A stretch of 64,000 nt of DNA from an uncultured Pseudomonadales bacterium (GTDB taxonomy: Bacteria > Patescibacteriota > Microgenomatia > UBA1400 > UBA1449), in the NCBI GenBank assembly GCA_964386355.1, contig CAYLQQ010000001.1, forward strand, positions 76,256 through 140,255, in the 5' to 3' direction. The translations under genes and the position numbers were made by a program. The notes below the pieces were generated by a model, which had not been told where the DNA came from, searched no databases, and saw nothing but the letters and a program-made list of their open reading frames with translations. Below are positions 17,241-26,697 of this stretch, one piece after another; positions within the stretch are counted from its first letter, which is position 1; each line of letters opens with the position of its first letter.

Positions 17241-18254
17241 CGTAAACAGATATCCCCGCTTACGTACGGTATGAATCAGTTCCCGGTACAACCCTAAGTC
17301 ATGTAATTTTTTACGGATATTCTCAATCACCTTGGCAATTGCATACAATGAAAACTTATCTTCAGTAGCTTTACCCCACAAAGCCATTCCAATCTGGTCG
17401 TAATCAATAATCTCGTTTGGTTGGGTAATCATGAGGCTCAGCACCTGTTGCTCCTGAGCTGTCAAATAATTCTCCAAACCAGTACCATCTGATAACACCA
17501 GTCCTTTGGCAGTTAGTCTGATAGCAGGATCTAGGTCAAAACCCAGTTTTTTAAGATACGTACTACTATCTCTTGCAAGCGTTTCAATACTGATGGTTTT
17601 GGGCGTGGGTTCTGCTGGTGCCAAGGTTGAAAATACAGTATTGTGCATCAAAAATTCTATGGTCGCCATTTTATTGAGCCAGTGGTACTGATAAATTTCA
17701 GCCCGTTTCCTGGTTTGCCTTGTCCAGAAAGCCATCAGTAGCAATTCAATCAATCTAGATACGGTCGTATCTGACCTCATTACAATCATAAGTATCTCTC
17801 CTGAGCCTTCTTTTTTATAATCATAACTTCCGCTGGTGCCATAGGGACTGACATATAGTTCTATCCGCTGTAAGCTGGATATACACTCATGGAGGATCAA
17901 AAAGTCAAGACAGTAGCTAAAAAAACGGGCTTCAATCGCTTGCCACTGAGTTTGAAGATCTGCGTAATCTGTTTGCATGTTTGCCAAACGTTGGATAGCC
18001 TCTTGGACTGCTTTGGCAGGATAGGGTTTGCACAAATCCAGATTGCTTGTTTTTTTAATAATTCGCCAGTATTCGGGACTATACTCAAAATCCGGAAAAA
18101 AGACTGCCTTAACAACATCGGGTACCAGATACGGTAAAACCCAGTATCCGCCTTTTTGAAAGCCGCCCTGCTCTATGGTTTTAGCCAGAAAACACAGGTG
18201 CTGGGCTTGGATTGTTGAGTTTGGCTCAAGCCAGGTGATTGAAGGATATTTCAT
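17235..18254 (-). CDS. Orphan OmpR/PhoB-type winged-helix (trans_reg_C) DNA-binding regulator lacking a receiver domain
   Basis: C-terminal LTAQEQQVLSLMITQPNEIIDYDQIGMALWGKATEDKFSLYAIAKVIENIRKKL...IHTVRKRGYLF matches the OmpR C-terminal wHTH consensus. N-terminal 240 aa unassigned. Confidence 0.6.
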   Translation of the reverse strand: MKYPSITWLEPNSTIQAQHLCFLAKTIEQGGFQKGGYWVLPYLVPDVVKAVFFPDFEYSPEYWRIIKKTSNLDLCKPYPAKAVQEAIQRLANMQTDYADLQTQWQAIEARFFSYCLDFLILHECISSLQRIELYVSPYGTSGSYDYKKEGSGEILMIVMRSDTTVSRLIELLLMAFWTRQTRKRAEIYQYHWLNKMATIEFLMHNTVFSTLAPAEPTPKTISIETLARDSSTYLKKLGFDLDPAIRLTAKGLVLSDGTGLENYLTAQEQQVLSLMITQPNEIIDYDQIGMALWGKATEDKFSLYAIAKVIENIRKKLHDLGLYRELIHTVRKRGYLFTN

Positions 18255-18314
18255 AAAACATTACTTACATTTATCATAGCAAACTCCTGACTATTTGACC
18301 TAGCTACTATCCCC

Positions 18315-18333
18315 ACTCAAACTAAACTCAAGA
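18315..18333 (+). promoter_or_regulatory. Conserved 19-bp box ACTCAAACTAAACTCAAGA (direct repeat ACTCAA-N5-ACTCAA) 34 bp upstream of the 18367 start; candidate operator for the adjacent OmpR-type regulator
   Basis: Identical 19-mer recurs at 19339..19357 upstream of the next gene. The 11-bp repeat periodicity is typical of winged-helix response-regulator sites. Confidence 0.45.
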
Positions 18334-18366
18334 TAATTATTATAGGTCTATTATCCTATTTTAATT

Positions 18367-19323
18367 ATGTGTTGTCCAGAAAGTCCCTTATCTAACCCAA
18401 TTATTAGACTGCCCACATATGCAGGAATGCATCCGGCTAGTCCTAATTCTGAGAGTAACAGGGCAAGAGACGGTATTCAATGGTATGACACTTCCTTAAC
18501 CATCCCATATCCGTTGGCAGAAAAAATCCATATATCTCGCTTTCCTGTTCCCAATAATACGACTGATAAAGAATTTATTTCAAAATATGCCAAAGCACTT
18601 GGTATAGCTTTTGATATGCAAGGCAGGGACTGGCACAGCCAAATAAACCCAATCCAAGATGTTTTAGTCTATGGGGTGGGATCAGGTTTGGATGCCGGAT
18701 ATTTATATGGAGTATGGGGTAGACATAATCAGACTTTTCACATGACAGGAACTCAAGCCAGTAATGAAGAATGGGATATGCTCGATCGGCGGTTCCCAGA
18801 ATTTGCTGCCCAGTTTCATCGAGAAGTTGGAGGACTTGAATGCATGGAACGCTTATATAAAGAAGGTTCAACATTTGACATCATCTCTGCAATGCGGGGG
18901 GTCAGTGGTATCTGGACGGGGACAGCAAGTGATGGTAATAGATACACTCTCAATGATGCCCTATATTATTTTCATAAACTTTCAAAACCAGGCACCATCC
19001 TTATTATGGATGTATTTACGGAAGGCATGGAACAGGTGATGCGCAGGCTTCATGGCCTCTTAGATGAACGATTACCGTTTGAGTTCTACTCTTTCACTCA
19101 AGGAAATAAAGGAGATAAGACAATTACTGGACTAACGGTGTATGAGCTTTTGAACGCTCACAATTTTTTTGTTTTTGACGCTCTACCCTATTGCCACGGT
19201 AGAGCGATGAGAGAGTATATAAATCAAACTGTACCTGAATATGAAGATATGGATGAAATTGTCACTCACTACATCATAACAGCCGTGAAATCACCTCGGA
19301 GACTGCCAAAACTGCCTGACTGA
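18367..19323 (+). CDS. Hypothetical protein, possible class I SAM-dependent methyltransferase fold
   Basis: DVLVYGVGSGLDAGY (motif I-like GxGxG) and ILIMDVF (motif II-like). Weak call. Confidence 0.45.
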   Translation: MCCPESPLSNPIIRLPTYAGMHPASPNSESNRARDGIQWYDTSLTIPYPLAEKIHISRFPVPNNTTDKEFISKYAKALGIAFDMQGRDWHSQINPIQDVLVYGVGSGLDAGYLYGVWGRHNQTFHMTGTQASNEEWDMLDRRFPEFAAQFHREVGGLECMERLYKEGSTFDIISAMRGVSGIWTGTASDGNRYTLNDALYYFHKLSKPGTILIMDVFTEGMEQVMRRLHGLLDERLPFEFYSFTQGNKGDKTITGLTVYELLNAHNFFVFDALPYCHGRAMREYINQTVPEYEDMDEIVTHYIITAVKSPRRLPKLPD

Positions 19324-19338
19324 TAACTTTAGAAATAT

Positions 19339-19357
19339 ACTCAAACTAAACTCAAGA
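19339..19357 (+). promoter_or_regulatory. Second copy of the ACTCAAACTAAACTCAAGA box, 58 bp upstream of the 19415 start
   Basis: Exact 19/19 match to 18315..18333. A weaker third variant cttcaaacaagaactcg lies at ~19977 upstream of 20016. Confidence 0.45.
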
Positions 19358-19414
19358 ATAATATTTATTAAGTAATAAAATTCATTTTTATTGAAGTAAC
19401 ATAATAACTATTTT

Positions 19415-19918
19415 ATGACTCGAGAACGGACTGAACCTAATTTGTTTGTAGATCCATCTCAGTGTAGTGTTGCTATTCGTGAATGGATTACTCAAACTAC
19501 AAAAGGCAAGCAAAGAGAAAGCTTTGAAGTATTATTGGGCTTGACTGATCCTGGAATAGTCATAGCAGCTCTAGGAAGGCTTAAACCAGGAACAACTAAC
19601 TTATTACTAAGTGGTGATATAAGTCTTCAACAGCACTTTGCAACACAACTAGCAAGGAGAATTCTGTTGGTCGGTATGGAAAACAGAGGCATTGTATTAC
19701 CAGGGACTAATGACCCATTGGTAGATAAAGATAGATGCGGAATATGGTTAAATGCGATAGATAGAAGAATTAATAATCGTGAAGAATATTACGAAAAAAT
19801 AAAACATTTTTTAGAATATTTATCTTTCACTCAATTGCCAAATACAAGGAATGTTGATGAATTAAATTTCATGGATTTTTTACAGAAATTAGGATCAAAC
19901 ATTGCTAAGGAAGATTAA
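19415..19918 (+). CDS. Hypothetical protein (167 aa)
   Basis: ORF with AT-rich upstream region carrying the conserved box. No recognisable motif. Confidence 0.45.
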   Translation: MTRERTEPNLFVDPSQCSVAIREWITQTTKGKQRESFEVLLGLTDPGIVIAALGRLKPGTTNLLLSGDISLQQHFATQLARRILLVGMENRGIVLPGTNDPLVDKDRCGIWLNAIDRRINNREEYYEKIKHFLEYLSFTQLPNTRNVDELNFMDFLQKLGSNIAKED

Positions 19919-20015
19919 TATATATTTTTTAAGATAAAACAAAATGATTAGTGAGTAAATAACTGTTAAATTCTAACTTCAAACAAGAACTCGTTACTAA
20001 TTATTTATAAAAAAT

Positions 20016-20351
20016 ATGCCAAATTGCAAAAAAAAAGGGTGTAGCACGTATACATATAGGTTAGTTTTGCCTAAAAAGTTCGTTGAGAATGCTGCTCAAA
20101 ACAGAAGATATAGACTTGATAACAATTTGCCGACACAAATAAGACTATCAGAACTACCCATATATTTATTAGATGCAATGAAAGTACCTGAAGTTGTCCG
20201 CCAGTGTGAGGGTGGTGAGAAATGTTTAGTTAGGCAAATTAAAGAAGGTACTTATCCGTTAGATTCGGATGAATACCTCGCTCAGAATTGTAATAATGGT
20301 GAGCATGTATTTGGACACGAAGCCCCTCGTTCTGATTTTGCAGATCCCTAA
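20016..20351 (+). CDS. Hypothetical protein (111 aa)
   Basis: ORF only. The 3' end would overlap the extended zupT ORF; the zupT start is taken downstream instead. Confidence 0.3.
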   Translation: MPNCKKKGCSTYTYRLVLPKKFVENAAQNRRYRLDNNLPTQIRLSELPIYLLDAMKVPEVVRQCEGGEKCLVRQIKEGTYPLDSDEYLAQNCNNGEHVFGHEAPRSDFADP

Positions 20352-20385
20352 TGCTAGTTTAGTTAGCAGTGTTATAATATCCTCC

Positions 20386-21132
20386 ATGCATGAGTTATTT
20401 TTCATCCTTTTGGCAACGATAAGCGTCAGCTTGTTATCTCTTATCGGCGCCCTCACTACTTCTTTTAACCACAAATCTCTCGACAGATTTTTGCACCTGC
20501 TGGTAGCCTTGGCTGCCGGGACTCTCTTGGGAAATGCTTTTTTTCACCTCCTGCCGGAGGGTCTGGAGCACTCCCCTTCTGTGGAGACCTTTACCCTGAC
20601 TGTCGTGCTGGCGTACTGTGCCTTTTTCCTCATGGAAAAAATCCTGCACTGGCGTCACTGCCATACCCATAACTGCGATACCCACCAGTATGGGACCCTG
20701 AGCCTTGTCGGTGACTCTATTCATAATTTTTTAGACGGCATGATCATCGCTGCAGCCTTTTTACAAAGCCCCAGTTTGGGGGTAGGTACAACGCTGGCAA
20801 TTGCCCTGCACGAACTGCCTCAGGAGATCGGAGATTTTGCCGTTTTACTGCACGCCGGCTACTCGCGCAGCAAAGCCATCCTAGCCAATCTCACAGTGGC
20901 TGCTACGGCCATCCTGGGAGGCTTGATCGGTTATCTTGTCGGAACAGTATCAGATCAATTTAATAGCATCCTGATCGCCCTAGCTTTGGGAGGCTTTATC
21001 TATATTTCAACCTCTGACTTAATTCCTGAAATCCGTAAAGAACCATCTCTTAAAAAATGGCTGACCTCGTTTGGGATGTTTATTGTGGGACTTGGGATTA
21101 TGTGGGGGTCAAAGGTGATAAGTGAACATTAG
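20386..21132 (+). CDS. zupT: ZIP-family metal transporter ZupT
   Basis: HNFLDG and HELPQEIGDFAVLLHAG signature; 8 TM helices. Start chosen at MHELFF to avoid the upstream overlap; the ORF track opens at 20269. Confidence 0.75.
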   Translation: MHELFFILLATISVSLLSLIGALTTSFNHKSLDRFLHLLVALAAGTLLGNAFFHLLPEGLEHSPSVETFTLTVVLAYCAFFLMEKILHWRHCHTHNCDTHQYGTLSLVGDSIHNFLDGMIIAAAFLQSPSLGVGTTLAIALHELPQEIGDFAVLLHAGYSRSKAILANLTVAATAILGGLIGYLVGTVSDQFNSILIALALGGFIYISTSDLIPEIRKEPSLKKWLTSFGMFIVGLGIMWGSKVISEH

Positions 21133-21203
21133 ATTGTGACTTGCTTCCCCATCCTTTGACAGTATAAAATACCTTGTTCTTTATCATGAAGTCACAATTG
21201 TTA

Positions 21204-21460
21204 ATAGCCCGGTAGCTTAAGCGTTAGCGAAATCCAGTAAGCGTAGCGCACTGGGTCAGTTGACGCGAAGCGAAAAGTCTTAGTTTTAAAATATAATATA
21301 GTAGAAAAAAGTCTACTTAATGCCCGGTAGCTTGAGCGTAAGCGAAGTCCAGCTCTGCTGGACAAGCGTAGCGACGTACTTAAGATACAATCTTAAGTAT
21401 CAGTTGGTTCCGAAGTTGAGCATAGCGAAATCCAGTGAATGGAATGAACTGGAGAAAATA
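21204..21460 (+). repeat. Tandem degenerate partial copies of the tRNA-Thr(GGT) 5' end (GCCCGGTAGCT...) fused to AGCGTAGCGAA..TCCAG-type repeat units with hairpins
   Basis: aatagcccggtagcttaagcgttagcgaaatccag at 21204 and aatgcccggtagcttgagcgtaagcgaagtccagctctgctggac at 21318, compared with the tRNA start gcccggatagctcag at 21508. Hairpin TACTTAAGAT-aca-ATCTTAAGTA. Confidence 0.6.
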
Positions 21461-21507
21461 TAAATATTGACAAGGCGATACAAAGGAAGTAATAGTTTGA
21501 GATTATT

Positions 21508-21583
21508 GCCCGGATAGCTCAGTTGGTAGAGCGCATTCTTGGTAAGAATGAGGTCTTGGGTTCGATTCCCAATTCGGGCTCCA
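21508..21583 (+). tRNA. tRNA-Thr (anticodon GGT), CCA encoded
   Basis: Acceptor GCCCGGA/TTCGGGC; anticodon stem-loop CATTC-TTGGTAA-GAATG; T loop GGTTCGATTCC; 3' CCA present. Confidence 0.85.
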
Positions 21584-21647
21584 ATTACCTGCTTAATAGG
21601 GACGAATACTATTCGCCTCTACAAGCCCCCTTTGCTATACTATTTCC

Positions 21648-22955
21648 ATGCCCACCAATCTGCTCACCGATCCCCATACCCTGATTATCTTTACCACCGC
21701 CCCAGCGGGCTTAGGCCATCTGCGGGTTACTCAAGCACTTTGGGAAGGTCTGCCAAAGGGATCACATAGTTTTATTCTGGGCTTACATGACAAAGCCATT
21801 TCTTCTATTCACAGGGCTCTCAGTAATAATCGATTCCTGTTCAATACCCAGCTCTTTGTCCAGCATAACCATAAAGCCGAATCCGTTTTTACCAATCTAT
21901 ATCGAGATAGCTTGAGAAAGCAGTCGCAGGACGTATATGACCAGTTGTACACTCTTATCACCAGCCATCAACCAAAACTAAAAGAGGTTATTATCGTGGC
22001 CACTCACTTTGGCCTGGCTCATCAGATAGCAGAGATCAGGCATCATTTGATCGGAACAACCGGTGTCCATATCAGCCTCCATGTCATTGTGACTGATGAT
22101 ACATTTCAACCCATATGGGCAGTTGAGAATGCCAACAGGCTTTGTGTCCCGAGCCAAAAAATGGCTGACCTATACAAAACATATTTTGAAGATGAAAAGA
22201 TGCGTGTACCAAAAATCGATGTTCAAGCCTACCCTGTATCACCGCAACTAGCTGTATCCAAGCCTGATGTACTCATCAAACGGCGTAAACAGTTGGATTC
22301 TCAAAAAATTCCCACTAGAATATCTATCCCCATCAGTGGTGCATCTACCCAACTCGACTACCTGATGATGTTTGTTCATCACATCACTCAAGATGATACT
22401 GGAAAGTTCCAGGTCAATGCAATCGCTTCACAAAACCCCCTGACTTCATCGTTTGGAAATATTGTCAAACACCTGCCCAATACCCGTATTGCATTTGGAG
22501 CAACAAATCAGGAAACAGTAGAAAAATATACTCAGATGCTGACTGAAGATGAACCGATCACTATTGAAGTCACCAAACCGTCTGAACAAGCCTACAAATG
22601 CCTGTACACACCCAAACAACGAGGTGGCCTACTACTCCTCTTCACTCCCCCTGTTGGCAAACAGGAGGAAGATAACCTGCAATTTCTTAGTAGGCATAAT
22701 CTACTTCCCAACCCCCAGCTATCACAGCAACTCGCGCGTCTTGGAAAACTTACTAAACTAGAAATACATAGTCTTCTCATTGACGCAAAAAAGTGGCGGG
22801 CAATCTGTCTACCCAAACATCCTAGAGAGGCTGCCTCCCAGGTTTACATGCTCAAATCGAGCGGAATACTAAAGGCAATGCTGGAATACAAACGCCCGAA
22901 AGATCTTGAACTGTCTGACAAGGGTGTAGAGATGTTCTGGAAAGGAATATGTTAA
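21648..22955 (+). CDS. Putative GT28-type glycosyltransferase (MGDG-synthase/MurG-like N-terminal G-loop)
   Basis: IIFTTAPAGLGHLRVTQAL resembles the MGDG synthase/MurG N-terminal motif. Tentative. Confidence 0.4.
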   Translation: MPTNLLTDPHTLIIFTTAPAGLGHLRVTQALWEGLPKGSHSFILGLHDKAISSIHRALSNNRFLFNTQLFVQHNHKAESVFTNLYRDSLRKQSQDVYDQLYTLITSHQPKLKEVIIVATHFGLAHQIAEIRHHLIGTTGVHISLHVIVTDDTFQPIWAVENANRLCVPSQKMADLYKTYFEDEKMRVPKIDVQAYPVSPQLAVSKPDVLIKRRKQLDSQKIPTRISIPISGASTQLDYLMMFVHHITQDDTGKFQVNAIASQNPLTSSFGNIVKHLPNTRIAFGATNQETVEKYTQMLTEDEPITIEVTKPSEQAYKCLYTPKQRGGLLLLFTPPVGKQEEDNLQFLSRHNLLPNPQLSQQLARLGKLTKLEIHSLLIDAKKWRAICLPKHPREAASQVYMLKSSGILKAMLEYKRPKDLELSDKGVEMFWKGIC

Positions 22956-22959
22956 GTGT

Positions 22960-23712
22960 ATGTTTAGTCTTTCTCATATTTACATTACCTCACAAGTAAC
23001 TAGATCCAATGATAACTTGCTCCTGTTAGGAAGTATTTTGCCGGATGCAGCTTGGGTTGGACCAGAAGGTCAGGATTTACGTCCGCTACATAGTTCTCCC
23101 ATGGATTTCTACCACTATGTTGAGAAAGAGCATCCTGACATGCTTAATATGGCAGTTGGGTTTGTTTTGCACAGCGATTTTGAAAAAGGGGCTGACTTTT
23201 TCAGTCATGATGAGACTACAGGTTACGCAATGACAGAGGGAGCCATTCTTAGACCTCAGATCGAGCTCGTATCCCATATTCATGATCAAAAGGAGTTGCG
23301 TGTTATTGGTCATACATGTATTGAAATTGCTGTTGATCTCCATCTGAACAAATCTCAACCTTCTGTACTGGATACATACCGCCAACTTATAAAAGGTGCT
23401 AATATTCACAAAATTGCCCAACTATTCAGTGATTTTTTCCAAAAAGATAATTCAATTTATGCTACAGCATTAGAGAAGCTGTTTTCTTATACAAACCCTC
23501 TTCATTTTCAATCAGTTGATAATGCAGTTCTAGGTATGCTTATTCCCTATTTTGATTTTAAGTATGGTAAAAAACTTACCGTAGAACTAACTACTCCCAT
23601 CATTGAAGCTGCTCTGGATATTACCCATCCAACTTGGCAAGTATTTTTAGGAGATACCATCGAATCCATCCGCAAAAGCCATGCTGAACTTATAAAACTC
23701 ATATCCGTATAG
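22960..23712 (+). CDS. Hypothetical protein (250 aa), possible metal-dependent hydrolase; likely co-transcribed with 21648..22955
   Basis: ORF 5 bp downstream of the preceding gene. LLGSILPD and His-rich patches. No firm family. Confidence 0.45.
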   Translation: MFSLSHIYITSQVTRSNDNLLLLGSILPDAAWVGPEGQDLRPLHSSPMDFYHYVEKEHPDMLNMAVGFVLHSDFEKGADFFSHDETTGYAMTEGAILRPQIELVSHIHDQKELRVIGHTCIEIAVDLHLNKSQPSVLDTYRQLIKGANIHKIAQLFSDFFQKDNSIYATALEKLFSYTNPLHFQSVDNAVLGMLIPYFDFKYGKKLTVELTTPIIEAALDITHPTWQVFLGDTIESIRKSHAELIKLISV

Positions 23713-23843
23713 ACTATCGCAGCATTGGCTGGTAAAATAACATCTTGTTTTAAATATCAGAATATATTTTTATTGGAGTAATATTTAAAAACATCCAGAT
23801 CCTCATTGGATTTTGGATTTGTTATTTTGAATTTACTGATTTT

Positions 23844-24020
23844 ATGGCAAAAAAAGGCGGAGCGCGGGTTATGGTTGGCCTGCAATGTACCAAATGCAAA
23901 TCCAGAAACTATGTAACTGAGCGAAACAAGCTCAATACTGAAGAAAAGTTAAAGCTTGAGAAGTACTGTGCTCAATGCAAAGCTAAAACAGCACATAAGG
24001 AGGTAGCAAAATTAAAATAA
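23844..24020 (+). CDS. rpmG: 50S ribosomal protein L33
   Basis: Not in the ORF track (58 aa). Hand translation MAKKGGARVMVGLQCTKCKSRNYVTERNKLNTEEKLKLEKYCAQCKAKTAHKEVAKLK matches the L33 zinc-ribbon pattern (CTKC...RNY...KYCxxC..H.E). Confidence 0.8.
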   Translation: MAKKGGARVMVGLQCTKCKSRNYVTERNKLNTEEKLKLEKYCAQCKAKTAHKEVAKLK

Positions 24021-24035
24021 TACAATTATTTTAAT

Positions 24036-24200
24036 TTTGCATCCCGAGTATCCCTTTGATCTTCAAGATCCTATATACGAGGGATCGTCATCATTAAAAA
24101 TAGAATTTTAATTTAGCACCCTGAGTGTAACCTTGTTTATTCAAGATAATAATCATACGAAGGGTCGCATTATTGGAGCTTAATAAACCTAAGATATTGC
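24036..24200 (+). repeat. Two tandem diverged ~80-bp hairpin-containing units downstream of rpmG (candidate structured RNA or repeat element)
   Basis: ttaattttgcatcccgagtatccc...atacgagggatcgtcatcatt and ttaatttagcaccctgagtgtaacc...atacgaagggtcgcattatt. Internal stems ATCCC...GGGAT and GATCTT-c-AAGATC. Confidence 0.4.
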
Positions 24201-24381
24201 TAGGTCATTTGTTCTGATACACAATCGCAGGTATGAAGTCCAAACTCCCACCCCAACTCCAGCAAAAAATCAAACAGTTCAAGCAAAACAATCCCAAGCA
24301 GAACTTCAATAAATCTTTTGGGATGCAGTCTCGTGTGGGAATCATGCAAAATATCCAGAGAGCATCAGGTCGTAGGGGAAA

Positions 24382-25101
24382 TTAAATCTGCATGTGATTG
24401 ATCAAATCCATCCGCTTAACATTTATCTTTTTATCCCGAGTCAACATAAACGTAATCGCCTCAACTGACTCCTGGGGATCAAACATCCATGGCTCATGAA
24501 CTTTGTATTCTAAACCCGCCTTTTTAAATAGATCTGTTTCCATACCTCCCGGATAGTAACCCATAACCCGAATATTCTTGTTTTCGAACTCTTTGGCCAT
24601 TGCTTCACTAAATGCCTGAACTCCAAATTTGGTTGCAGAATATATGGTATGGAAGAAACCTGAAGGAATCTCAACTCCTGCAATACTGCTCACATTTAGT
24701 ATTTGAGCAAAAGGAGCTTTTATTAAAGTTGGTATTAGTGTTCGGGTTACCAGTAGTGGGGCTAGGAGGTTGACATGAACCAACTCCTCAATTTTGGAAT
24801 CTGTGGCTTCAATCGTATCTCCTTCAAGCCATACACCTGCATTGTTTACCAAGACATCCAGATGAGTTATAGCTTTAAATGCACTAGCAATGGTTTTAGG
24901 TTGATTTAGATCACATATAATTGCTTGAACTGAAACGGCCGGATACTTGCTTGTAAGCATGTTTAGTATCTCGGCTACTTTTTTCTCATCACGACCATGC
25001 ACGATGGGATTAGCACCCTGCTTTGCCAACTCAAATACTAGCTTTTTTCCTAATCCATCGGTTGAACCTGTAACTAGCACGTATTTGTTTTTTAGAATCA
25101 T
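24382..25101 (-). CDS. Short-chain dehydrogenase/reductase (SDR) family oxidoreductase
   Basis: KYVLVTGSTDGLGKKL (TGxxxGxG Rossmann motif). Start set at the internal M (MILKNK) to avoid overlapping the stop of the MFS gene. Confidence 0.8.
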   Translation of the reverse strand: MILKNKYVLVTGSTDGLGKKLVFELAKQGANPIVHGRDEKKVAEILNMLTSKYPAVSVQAIICDLNQPKTIASAFKAITHLDVLVNNAGVWLEGDTIEATDSKIEELVHVNLLAPLLVTRTLIPTLIKAPFAQILNVSSIAGVEIPSGFFHTIYSATKFGVQAFSEAMAKEFENKNIRVMGYYPGGMETDLFKKAGLEYKVHEPWMFDPQESVEAITFMLTRDKKINVKRMDLINHMQI

Positions 25102-25127
25102 CATATATCTATATAATAAACATAAGA

Positions 25128-26357
25128 TTATATATTGTAGTACCTCTTCACCCAAAACCCCACCCCCACCATTCCATACAGTACCCCCAAAATCGCAAAA
25201 GCCGGACCATATCCTCCCAATATTGTCACCAGTAAGCCAGTTAAACCCGCTCCTATCATAAAACCGCCATTGTAGATCATACCGCTCTCCCCCTCTGCCT
25301 CTGTTTCCTGGCTGTGGTGTTTTTCGACATATTTGCCCATCTCAGCCTCGAGTGCTGGTACATATAGACTGTACCCAATACCAATCAGAAATGATCCAGC
25401 AATAGCTACTAATGGATTTGTGGTAAACCCAAAGAAGAATAAGGCTACAGCTGAAAGCAGGAGGCCAAAGACTATAAACCGCTGTCTACCCAGACGGTCT
25501 GCCAAAGACCCGAAATATCCACTGACAAATGCGGTCGGCAAAGATAATCCGGCTACAATAAAACCACCATAGATCTTAAGTTCACTAGTAACGGCTACAA
25601 ATATCGGCACAAAACTGGTCAAAACCCCGTCTGCCACTCCTCTGACAAAATAGACCCACAGGTATGCAGACATGGTTTTGCCTATAGCTGACCAGATACG
25701 GATGTGCTCTGTCAGAGTCCTGCGTCTGATTTTGGCAATCTGCGGTTTGGGTAGTTTGTTCTGCCACAGCTGCAGCCAGAACAGAACCAACATACAAATT
25801 GAAAAGAACAAACCGGTGAAAATAGCTAAATCGCGGCTCTCAACCAGAGCCAGTCCAATCATGACCGGAGCCAGAGCAAAACCAAGACTGCGGAAATTGC
25901 TGATCAGGCCAAAATGCCCTGCCCTATCTGTTTCTGTAGAAGTTTTAACCACAAAGTCAAAACTGGCAAAGGTAAACAGCTCGGTATACACCCCCCATAA
26001 AACCGTAGCAATAATCAAGGTCACCGTATGCAAATGTAACCCGATCATGGCAAACAAAGCGAACATGATCATCCCCACCACCTGTGTCAAACGACGGTAC
26101 GACGGATTGAGCCGAGTCATACCAAGTATAAAATCAGTGGTGATATTCCAAACAGAAGATGAAGCAAGTATCAGACCCACAATAGTCAGAGATGAAACTG
26201 TTTCTTCTAAGAATACGGGTAGTAAAAAGCTGACCATACCATTTACTAGAGAATAGAGAAACACCACCATGGCATAGCGGTAGAGATAGTGGTCAGCATG
26301 TTTCCAGTGTTTGAAGATGTGATACAAAAGCTGCAAAATGCAAAGATGAAAGATCAA
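25128..26357 (-). CDS. MFS transporter
   Basis: About 12 TM helices; the GRxxDRxGR-like loop LADRLGRQR; 409 aa. Confidence 0.8.
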   Translation of the reverse strand: MIFHLCILQLLYHIFKHWKHADHYLYRYAMVVFLYSLVNGMVSFLLPVFLEETVSSLTIVGLILASSSVWNITTDFILGMTRLNPSYRRLTQVVGMIMFALFAMIGLHLHTVTLIIATVLWGVYTELFTFASFDFVVKTSTETDRAGHFGLISNFRSLGFALAPVMIGLALVESRDLAIFTGLFFSICMLVLFWLQLWQNKLPKPQIAKIRRRTLTEHIRIWSAIGKTMSAYLWVYFVRGVADGVLTSFVPIFVAVTSELKIYGGFIVAGLSLPTAFVSGYFGSLADRLGRQRFIVFGLLLSAVALFFFGFTTNPLVAIAGSFLIGIGYSLYVPALEAEMGKYVEKHHSQETEAEGESGMIYNGGFMIGAGLTGLLVTILGGYGPAFAILGVLYGMVGVGFWVKRYYNI

Positions 26358-26539
26358 AATGCAAAACCTAAAAAAATCAAAAATTGTACAATTTACTACT
26401 TATTACCTATAAATTAGGTTTTGGTCTTTGGCTTTTGCTCTTTGCACTAAAATATCATATCCAATTCTCTACCCTTTTGGCTAGCATGGAAAAGTTTGGT
26501 ATTGGAATACTGGCGGGATTTTTATATAATCATCTGGTT

Positions 26540-26640
26540 AAAGATGGGCCCGCTGAAGCATAGCGACGTCCCTTGAGTGTAACGAAAGGGATAGCCGAGC
26601 GAGTAAAACGAGCGAAGTACTTACCATTTCATGGTAAGTA
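26540..26640 (+). repeat. Repeat-family element (partial tRNA-Ala 5' copy GGGCCCGCTGAAGCATAGCGAC plus hairpins) ~145 bp upstream of tRNA-Ala
   Basis: gggcccgctgaagcatagcg compared with the tRNA start gggcccgtagctcac. Hairpins CCCTT..AAGGG and TACTTACCAT-ttc-ATGGTAAGTA. gagcgagtaaaacgagcgaag. Confidence 0.55.
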
Positions 26641-26697
26641 TCACTTTAATCAGTAACTTTGCAAACTAGTAGGGCTTTGAAATTTACAATCAAACTT

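Noticed and set aside
17022-17297. ORFs 17022..17297 and 17030..17245 overlapping tRNA-Tyr
   Set aside because: They are read through a tRNA gene and the repeat element. Structural-RNA evidence is stronger.
21539-21769. 76-aa ORF overlapping tRNA-Thr(GGT)
   Set aside because: It starts inside the tRNA gene; the tRNA cloverleaf is unambiguous.
24233-24385. Possible 50-aa ORF (MKSKLPPQLQQKIKQFKQNN...) between the hairpin repeats and the SDR gene
   Set aside because: No recognisable family and no clear RBS. Its end overlaps the convergent SDR gene stop. Kept as uncertain rather than called.
25672-26256. 194-aa plus-strand ORF antisense to the MFS transporter
   Set aside because: Antisense to a 12-TM transporter frame; no motifs.
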